Part shown: positions 57,160 through 64,000 of the stretch, one piece after another
How positions within the stretch are numbered: position 1 is the first letter of the stretch
Layout: every line of letters begins with the position of its first letter
DNA from: Phycisphaerales bacterium
Lineage (GTDB): Bacteria > Planctomycetota > Phycisphaerae > Phycisphaerales > UBA1924
Reading direction: 5' to 3'
DNA length: 64,000 nt
Assembly: GCA_965227775.1 (NCBI GenBank)
Contig: OZ245777.1
Location: 544,001-608,000, forward strand
Notes under the pieces: generated by a model
What the model saw: the letters and a program-made list of their open reading frames with translations, nothing else
Told to the model about the DNA's origin: nothing
Databases searched by the model: none
Made by a program: the position numbers and the translations under genes

Positions 57160-58641
57160 CTAGCGCTCCAGCACCGGAAGCGAGACCGATGTCGCTCGCG
57201 GGGACGGTTCGATCTTCTTCTGGCGGCCGAGCACGCCAAGGCCCGCCTCGATCACGGGCCGCGTGACGTTCAGGCGCTTCGCACGGATGGCCAGGTCCCA
57301 CGCGGGCCCCAGTTTCCGCCAGGCTGCGCTGTAGCCAAAGTGCTTGCAGCGCGAGAGAACGCGCTCGTGGTTGGTCGCCGCTCGCGCGATGTTGGCCCAG
57401 CTATAGAACCGTTCGTACGCCCGCCAGTATCCGGCCTCGAGCTGCGCGGGTGACATGTGCATCGGCTCGAACACCGCGTGCCGCGTGTCGTACAGCCGCC
57501 AGTCTCTGTGGATGATGCGGCCCTGGCCGTTGATCTCGTCCCAGTAGGCGGTGCCGGGGTACGGCGTGGCGACGTGGAACGTCGCGGTGGTGATGCCGCG
57601 ATCGACCGCCCAGGCCACGGTGCGATCGAAGACGTCCGGGCCGTCGCCGTCAAGGCCGAAGACGAACGAACCGTTGACCATGACGCCGAGCGAATCGAGC
57701 CGCTTGATCGCAGCGTCGGCGTCGCTCTTCAGGTTCTGGGTCTTGCGGCTCTGCACCAGGCTTGCCTCATTCACGCTCTCGAAGCCGATGAAGATGCTGC
57801 GGAGGCCCGCGTCGACGGCGCGCTCGACGAGATCACCCCGCAGGATCGAGTCGATGGTGGCGGCTCCCTGGAACACGCGGCCCATGCCCTTCATGCCGTC
57901 GAACAAGGCTCGTGCAAAGTGTGGATCGCCCAACAGGTGATCATCGAGGAAGTACAAGTGCTTTCCGGGCAAGCGTTCGATCTCGGCCAGGGCGTCATCG
58001 ACCGCCTGCGTGTAGAACCTCCGTCCGCCCTTGTAGAAGCCGCTGTTGTAGCAGAAGGTGCAGCGGTGTGGGCAGCCGCGGCTGACGACGATGGAGTTGG
58101 GGACCAGGTACAACTGACGACTGATGAGGTCGCGCCTGGTCGGTGGCAGTCGCTTGAGAGTGCGCAGGAAGTCCTTCGAGTCGTACAGCGGCTTTGCGCC
58201 ACCGTTTCGCAGATCGTCGAGGAATGCCGGCCACGACGCATCACCCACCCCAATGAAGAGGTGGTCGCAGAGTCCGCTGGCCTCTTCGGGCAGGCTCGTA
58301 ACGTGCAGCCCACCCAGGCACACACGTACACCGAGTGCCTTGTAGTATCGCGCAATGGCGTACGCCCGGTGCGCGTTGGTGATGTACGCCTGGATGACCA
58401 CCATGTCCGGGCGCTCGGCGAGCGTGCCCCGCCATCGCTTGCTGAGGATGCCGAGTCCGTCTTCGTAGTTGGTCAGCACGCCGGGCATCACGTGCTCGTC
58501 GATGATCATCGCCTCGTCGTCGGCACCGAGAAACGCCGCAAGCTGTGCCATGCCCAGCGGTGGGAACAGGGCGTACTTGATGGGACGGAAGAACGGCCCC
58601 GTGGCCTCGGTCAACGCCGGCAGCACGAACAGCACGCGCAC
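57160..58641 (-). CDS. B12-binding domain radical SAM protein
   Basis: KYALFPPLG, LGGLHVT, SRGCPHRCTFC (CxxxCxxC), IGFES and TPYPGT motifs. Confidence 0.9.
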   Translation of the reverse strand: MRVLFVLPALTEATGPFFRPIKYALFPPLGMAQLAAFLGADDEAMIIDEHVMPGVLTNYEDGLGILSKRWRGTLAERPDMVVIQAYITNAHRAYAIARYYKALGVRVCLGGLHVTSLPEEASGLCDHLFIGVGDASWPAFLDDLRNGGAKPLYDSKDFLRTLKRLPPTRRDLISRQLYLVPNSIVVSRGCPHRCTFCYNSGFYKGGRRFYTQAVDDALAEIERLPGKHLYFLDDHLLGDPHFARALFDGMKGMGRVFQGAATIDSILRGDLVERAVDAGLRSIFIGFESVNEASLVQSRKTQNLKSDADAAIKRLDSLGVMVNGSFVFGLDGDGPDVFDRTVAWAVDRGITTATFHVATPYPGTAYWDEINGQGRIIHRDWRLYDTRHAVFEPMHMSPAQLEAGYWRAYERFYSWANIARAATNHERVLSRCKHFGYSAAWRKLGPAWDLAIRAKRLNVTRPVIEAGLGVLGRQKKIEPSPRATSVSLPVLER

Positions 58642-58836
58642 GGATACCCCCCTGCCGGCTCCAAGGCCGGCGCCACAACCCTCGTCGAGCGAGGCACGAC
58701 TCGTGTGGGATCGCCCCTTCGTTGGGGGCAGAACGCCCCGTACTACGCGCGTCAACGGCCGGGGTTCGGCGGCCGCGCCCACCGCCCGAGGCCTACGCTG
58801 GCCTGAATCCGCGAAACCTACCTTCGGAGGCGCCCC

Positions 58837-59844
58837 ATGGCCGTTCTCGTCGACGCTGAAACCAAGGTCATCTGCCAGGGCATTACCGGCAGCTTCGGGG
58901 CCGTTCACACCAAGGGGTGCCTTCAGTACGGCACCAAGCTTGTGGGCGGCGTGACCCCTGGCAAGGGCGGCACCAAGGACGACAACGGCCTGCCCATCTT
59001 CGATACTGTCAAGCAGGCGACCGACGCGACGGGTGCGACGGCGACGATGATCTTCGTGCCTCCACCGTTCGCGGGCGACGCGATTATGGAGGCCGCCGAC
59101 GCGGGGCTCCGGCTGATCTGCTGCATCACCGAGGGTGTGCCCGTGCACGACATGGTCCGCGTGCGGGCCGCGCTTGATTCGATGAACCTGGCGGCGCGCG
59201 GCGCCGACGTCCAGCCCTGCCAGGACCTGTTCACGCTCATCGGCCCCAATTGCCCCGGCGTCATCACGCCCGGCCCCAAGACCGGTAGCGGCGACAGCGC
59301 GAGCGATCCCTACACCAACGCCGGCTGCAAGATCGGCATCATGCCCGGCTACATCAACACGCATATCAGCGAAGAGAAGTGCACGACGGGCAAGGCCGTG
59401 GGCATCGTCAGCCGATCGGGCACGCTCACGTACGAAGCCGTCTGGCAGTGCTCGCAGCTGGGCATCGCGCAGAGCACCTGCATCGGCATCGGCGGTGATC
59501 CGGTGCGCGGGCTGAGCCACGTCGATTGCCTACGGCTCTTCCAGAACGACCCCGATACGCACGGCATCCTGATGATCGGCGAGATCGGCGGCAGCGACGA
59601 GGAAGACGCCGCCCGCTACGTGCGCGAGCACGTGACCAAGCCCGTCGCCGGCTTCATCGCCGGCCAGACCGCCCCCCCCGGCAAGCGCATGGGCCACGCC
59701 GGCGCGATCATCAGCGGAGGAGAGGGCACGGCGGCAGCCAAGATTGCCGCGATGGAAGACGCTGGCATCACCGTGGCGCGCAGCCCGGCGGAGATGGGTC
59801 AGGCGATGGCCACGGCGATGGGCCTGGAGCTGGCGGTGGTGTGA
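58837..59844 (+). CDS. sucD: Succinyl-CoA ligase alpha subunit
   Basis: [38 protein letters not shown] and RMGHAGAI motifs. Confidence 0.97.
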   Translation: MAVLVDAETKVICQGITGSFGAVHTKGCLQYGTKLVGGVTPGKGGTKDDNGLPIFDTVKQATDATGATATMIFVPPPFAGDAIMEAADAGLRLICCITEGVPVHDMVRVRAALDSMNLAARGADVQPCQDLFTLIGPNCPGVITPGPKTGSGDSASDPYTNAGCKIGIMPGYINTHISEEKCTTGKAVGIVSRSGTLTYEAVWQCSQLGIAQSTCIGIGGDPVRGLSHVDCLRLFQNDPDTHGILMIGEIGGSDEEDAARYVREHVTKPVAGFIAGQTAPPGKRMGHAGAIISGGEGTAAAKIAAMEDAGITVARSPAEMGQAMATAMGLELAVV

Positions 59845-59883
59845 TGTTTCGCCGCCGCGTGGCGGCCTCCCGGGGGAGTTGTT

Positions 59884-60558
59884 TTGCCCGAGAACGCCAC
59901 GTCCGATGGACTACTTCGCACGCCGTTGGCCGCGCCGGCAGGTGTTGCGCCGCCTCTGCAGAAACGAAGCAGGGAAACCTACGAGAAGATCCTCGACGCT
60001 GCGGACCGGCTGCTGGCTGAGCAGAGCTTCGATGCCCTGCGCATCGAGGATTTGCTCGCCGCCGCCGAGGTCTCGGCCGGCTCGTTCTACGCGCGCTTTG
60101 AGGGCAAGGCAGCGCTGCTCGCAGCGCTCTATCACCGCTATCAAGAAGAACTGGTCGAGTTGCTCGACAGCCCACCGCCGAGCGTGCCCGCGAACGCCAC
60201 GCTCGAGGATCGCGTTCGCGTGTTTGTGCGTACTCGCATCCGCCGCTATCGTGCGCGCAAGGGCACCCTGCGCGCCGTGGTGCTCGATCTGCGGCTTCAC
60301 CCGGAGCGATTCCACCCGCAGATGCGCGAGCTGAACGCGCTCGCAGTAAAGCACATCGTCGAGGTCATCCGCCCGAGCCTGCCCGAGATCTGCGGGAGCG
60401 AGGCCCGGCTCATCAGCCTGGCGTACTTCGTTTCTGCTATCTGCCGAGACCGCATCTTGTTTGCGACGTGGCCCCACGCCTCGATTGCCGGCGGTTCGAT
60501 GGCACGGCTGGAAGAAGACCTCGTGCGGCTGGCCGTCGGATTCCTGCGGAGCGCATGA
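59884..60558 (+). CDS. TetR/AcrR family regulator
   Basis: QKRSRETYEKILDAA...VSAGSFYARFEGKAALL helix-turn-helix. Confidence 0.88.
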   Translation: MPENATSDGLLRTPLAAPAGVAPPLQKRSRETYEKILDAADRLLAEQSFDALRIEDLLAAAEVSAGSFYARFEGKAALLAALYHRYQEELVELLDSPPPSVPANATLEDRVRVFVRTRIRRYRARKGTLRAVVLDLRLHPERFHPQMRELNALAVKHIVEVIRPSLPEICGSEARLISLAYFVSAICRDRILFATWPHASIAGGSMARLEEDLVRLAVGFLRSA

Positions 60559-60917
60559 CGCCCGGACGCGTCGGCAACGCCCCCGCCGCCGTCACGCAGA
60601 GACAGCAGTAAGAGCGCCGCATTGTGGAGGCCCGCCTCGCTCGCACGCCTATCGCGGACAGTCGATGCCGACGGTCCGCGGGGACTGGGTGAAGGCGCGA
60701 TGTCGAGTCTGGGTGGCTCCAGCGATGGAAGCATGAACCGCGCCCCGGACTCACGTGCTTCCAAAGACACTCGTGCAGACTCGGGACTCGAGCTACCACC
60801 CGATCCGTATCCCCTATTTCGGGGGATTGCCGTTGCCGTGGAGGAAAACTAGTGTTGCATGTGGGCCGTCCCGCAGGGGATGGTCGAGTGCCGCGTCAGT
60901 GTTCTCGGGGGTCAGAA

Positions 60918-62159
60918 ATGATGGATACGCATCACACTGCGTCGCGCGGTCGCGTCGCGCGCGGACTCGCAAGTCTCGCTGCTATTGCGGTCTTTCTCAG
61001 TGGGTGCATGGGCCAAGCCGGTGCGCATCGGCTCGGCTTCATCCCCGTTGCTGCACTGATCGGCAACGAGGACGGAAAGACGCAGTTGCCGGCCGATCCC
61101 GATCTCTACGTGGACTTCGATGACGGCCAGGGTGGCTTGGTCCGCACACCCCTTATTCGAATGGGATTCTGGACCCCCTACAACTCGAAGAACCTCGGGT
61201 GGCAGCGACGGCTGCAAGATCCGTCCAAGACGGCCAACCTTGCCGAGTCTTTCATGATCGTAGACGTCTCCAACCTCTACCAGTACACGGCACTCGGTCT
61301 CGAAGACTCGCAAAAGGAAGACTTTCAGCGCAGGCTCAGGAAGATCGCCGAGCAGTTACTGATCGCCGCAGATCAGAACGGGGATATCTACTGGCGCAAG
61401 CTGGTGGCCGATCTCGAGTCGGTCCAGCTTTACGAGAATCTCTCGAAGCTGTTTATCGGCGGCGGTGCTGGCGCAACCTTCGCTTCACCGACGATCGGTG
61501 TCATCCTAACGGTCACCGGCCTGGGAATCGAGATTTTCCGCGAGTCCTACGTTGACGGATTGGAGGTCGACGAGTACGCATCGCTCCGCGAGTCGGCCGC
61601 ACTGTATCGGCAGGCCATCCGAGGAAAGATGTACGAAATCATCGATGAAGCCCAGCCTGGTCGGCACGCCGTGCAATCTGTGCTGCGCTATGCGCAAGAC
61701 TATGCGTTCACGTATTCTATCAAAGGCTCGCTATACGCGGTGCAAAAGCAGAACGAAGAGTTGCAGAACTTGCTGGTCACGGGCGAGTCTTCGTGGAAGC
61801 CGTTCTTCGAGGCCCAGCGACGCAACTATCAGGACTCGCGCAACGAAGACCTCGAGCAGATGCAAGAACGGCTGCAACGCGAGATCGCACTCATCCAGAC
61901 GGCCATCGAGCGCGGCAGACTCGGCGCAGACGAACAGCAACCTAGTGGGGGCGACTCCGGTGACGGCGCGAGTACCGGGCCGGGCAGCGAGGAGGCGGGA
62001 ACCGAGTCGGGAGGAGCCGACGCACCGACAGCCGGTCAGCCGGAGGAGTCGACCACGGGCCAAGCGAGAGCTCCCGGGCAGCAGCCAACTCCTGCGACGA
62101 GCGGGCAGTCGTCGGGAAGCGCAGGCGGGCCCGCCGATCCAACAAATCAGCCCGTGTAG
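60918..62159 (+). CDS. Hypothetical lipoprotein with central hydrophobic hairpin and disordered tail
   Basis: Lipobox LSGC; FIGGGAGATFASPTIGVILTVTGLGI; G/S/Q/P-rich C-terminus. Confidence 0.65.
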   Translation: MMDTHHTASRGRVARGLASLAAIAVFLSGCMGQAGAHRLGFIPVAALIGNEDGKTQLPADPDLYVDFDDGQGGLVRTPLIRMGFWTPYNSKNLGWQRRLQDPSKTANLAESFMIVDVSNLYQYTALGLEDSQKEDFQRRLRKIAEQLLIAADQNGDIYWRKLVADLESVQLYENLSKLFIGGGAGATFASPTIGVILTVTGLGIEIFRESYVDGLEVDEYASLRESAALYRQAIRGKMYEIIDEAQPGRHAVQSVLRYAQDYAFTYSIKGSLYAVQKQNEELQNLLVTGESSWKPFFEAQRRNYQDSRNEDLEQMQERLQREIALIQTAIERGRLGADEQQPSGGDSGDGASTGPGSEEAGTESGGADAPTAGQPEESTTGQARAPGQQPTPATSGQSSGSAGGPADPTNQPV

Positions 62160-62228
62160 GCGGTTATCGCACCGCAGCTACGACCCCTTTCCCCGAACCC
62201 GCGTCCGCCTGAACGCATACCACGTCCG

Positions 62229-62708
62229 ATGGACGCCGACGAAGACCAACCCGCCGCGAGTGCGTCGGATTCTGCCACCGACGCCCTCATGGCCTTCCTC
62301 GGCGACCACGACGCCCCTTGCCCGGCTTGCGGCTACAACCTTCGCGGCCTGACGCGGCCGGTATGCCCCGAGTGCGAGCACGAGCTCGTGCTGACCGTCG
62401 GTCTGGCCCAGCCTCGTTTTGGCTGGCTGCTGGTGGCGTTGGTGCCCGGCATGTTCTCCGGCCTGGCGGGGCTGTTCCTATCAACCCTGATCGCGTTCAT
62501 CGCGATCATCGAGGGTGATCTCGCCCCGCCGGGCATGATCCTGCTTGCGATGTTCGGGGTTGGGAGCGGGGCGAGCGCGGTCGCGATGGCGCTCGCCCGC
62601 CAGAAGCTCATGGCTCGCCCCGTCGCCGCGCAGCAGAAGCTCGCCACCATCGCCTGGAGCGTGCACGTGCTGGCGTTCCTGGTGCTCTTGATCGCAGGCT
62701 TCTGGTAG
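62229..62708 (+). CDS. Membrane protein with N-terminal Zn ribbon
   Basis: CPACGYNLRGLTRPVCPECE followed by three TM segments. Confidence 0.75.
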   Translation: MDADEDQPAASASDSATDALMAFLGDHDAPCPACGYNLRGLTRPVCPECEHELVLTVGLAQPRFGWLLVALVPGMFSGLAGLFLSTLIAFIAIIEGDLAPPGMILLAMFGVGSGASAVAMALARQKLMARPVAAQQKLATIAWSVHVLAFLVLLIAGFW

Positions 62709-62747
62709 CGCGGATCGACCTCGCTCCGATGAGCGAGCGCCTGCTTG

Positions 62748-63458
62748 TCAGCAACCCCCTGCGTCGAAGGCGTTGCTGAACTCGAGGAAATCGAAAAGCG
62801 TCAGCATTCCGTCGCAATCGAAGTCCGCCTTTAGATCGCCGGCGTCGAAGAGATTGCTGAATTCCAGGAAGTCGAACAGCGTCAGCTCGCCGTCGCCATC
62901 GATGTCACCCTCGCAGGTGCCGTCGGGCCCTTGCACCGAGACCGCATCGACGATGCCACCGCAACGCTCGGGGCTATCGGACAGAAACTGGATGCACGTC
63001 GCGCCGGCATTGCCCTCGAAGACGAACACGAACGGGCGCCAATCGCCCTGCGACCCACCGGTCAATCGCCGCTCTTCGCTCCCCCAACGGAAGATGACTT
63101 CTTTGCTACCCGGGCACTCGTCATTGCTAGACAGGCTGAACTCAATGGTGTAGAGCTCCCCGCGAATCGTCTTGATTCGTTGCCGGATGCCGCCGGGGCC
63201 GGGAGTGCCCACGACGTCGACCATCTGCCTGCCGTCGGCAGCGGCCCATCGTGGCTCGGCGAGGATATCGACAGAGCCGCGCGTGACCTCCCAGCCCAGA
63301 ATGAACGGGTCCCCCACACCCACCGTGCGGAATCCGCCGGGCATGATGGCCGGGAACTCGAAGCTGCCGTTGGTGATCTGCTCCTGGCCCGCGGCATTTG
63401 CGGCGGTCAGCGCACACACGGGGACGACGAGCATCGCGGTGGTGGTTCGACGGTTCAT
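62748..63458 (-). CDS. DUF642-like secreted protein with GC-type dockerin-like tail
   Basis: Signal peptide; ITNGSFE, GWEVTRGSVD and VDAVSV; tail GDIDGDGELTLFDFLEFSNLF...ADFDCDGMLTLFDFLEFSNAFDAGGC. Confidence 0.8.
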   Translation of the reverse strand: MNRRTTTAMLVVPVCALTAANAAGQEQITNGSFEFPAIMPGGFRTVGVGDPFILGWEVTRGSVDILAEPRWAAADGRQMVDVVGTPGPGGIRQRIKTIRGELYTIEFSLSSNDECPGSKEVIFRWGSEERRLTGGSQGDWRPFVFVFEGNAGATCIQFLSDSPERCGGIVDAVSVQGPDGTCEGDIDGDGELTLFDFLEFSNLFDAGDLKADFDCDGMLTLFDFLEFSNAFDAGGC

Positions 63459-63769
63459 GGGATCCTGCTCCTCTTCCAGATAAACACCGCACGCGGCGGG
63501 CGTACGACCACGCAACATAAGAAGTGTACAGCAAATCGGCGTCGTGAAGGTGACAGTGGGAAAAACAAAGTATGAACAAGGAAAGAGGGGGAAGGAAGGC
63601 AAACAGAGAAAGCGGATCAAGGCCCGTCTGGAGAGCCGCGAGAGCGCACGAGGGCGTTCTGGCATGCATCTGCAACGATCAGCGATGCCGCAACAAGCCA
63701 CTGCCCCACCGCGTACCGCTGATGAATCATCCGCTACGGCATCCATTTCACGATCACCCGGAGGAGAGC

Positions 63770-64000
63770 ATGCCCAACGCCGTCCGCCGCATGCGAGGGC
63801 TTGCCACACTGGTCTTTGCCGCAGTCGCAACCAGTACGGCGGCCGATCCGGTGCCACTGGTCAATCCTGGCTTCGAAACGGTGAGCCGTGCGCTCGTGCC
63901 CGGCGAGCAGACCAACGGCATCGGCGGCGCGGGCGTTCAGGTTGGCACGATGTTCCCCTTCCCGTTTGGTGCCGGTGTCGTTGATTGGACCGACCCCGTG
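63770..64000 (+). CDS. Secreted protein, 5' part only (runs off the window)
   Basis: GGAG before ATG 63770; MPNAVRRMRGLATLVFAAVATSTAADPVPLVNPGFE... stays open to the window end. Not in the ORF track. Confidence 0.6.
   Translation, partial: MPNAVRRMRGLATLVFAAVATSTAADPVPLVNPGFETVSRALVPGEQTNGIGGAGVQVGTMFPFPFGAGVVDWTDPV

Noticed and set aside
58642..59520. 786-aa radical SAM ORF with a long N-terminus
   Set aside because: The extension is antisense to sucD. The B12-binding domain begins at GTG 58641.

Overview
A high-GC bacterial chromosomal window, most likely from a Phycisphaerales-type planctomycete. That assignment is inferred from two proteins ending in a GC-type dockerin-like tail and from an expanded family of membrane proteins with CxxCGY...CPECG zinc ribbons. 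It is a gene-dense housekeeping mosaic: tRNA-Cys, citrate/methylcitrate synthase, kynA, pnp-rpsO, purN, hisN, sucC and sucD (about 43 kb apart), fumC, scpB, rny, a TPP riboswitch with thiC, rsmA, an RRM protein and a fatty acid desaturase. These are interleaved with lineage-type hypothetical, secreted and membrane proteins. I saw no CRISPR array, integrase or transposase. The most notable observations are: (1) an 85-nt tRNA-Cys(GCA) with a class-II, Tyr-like long variable arm; (2) a fusion of an archaeal-AdkA-like P-loop kinase to a nucleoside-deoxyribosyltransferase-like domain, heading a six-gene run that includes a truncated globin and a flavodoxin; (3) a ~190-nt structured, 6S-like RNA upstream of rny; (4) seven loci of zinc-ribbon-type membrane proteins, one of them decaying; (5) a minimised APH(3')-like kinase; (6) two probable CTG starts overlapping upstream TGA stops; (7) a COG3014-YcfL-LpoB-like lipoprotein operon. 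All family calls come from reading motifs by eye. No database searches were run, so novelty is unproven for every finding.
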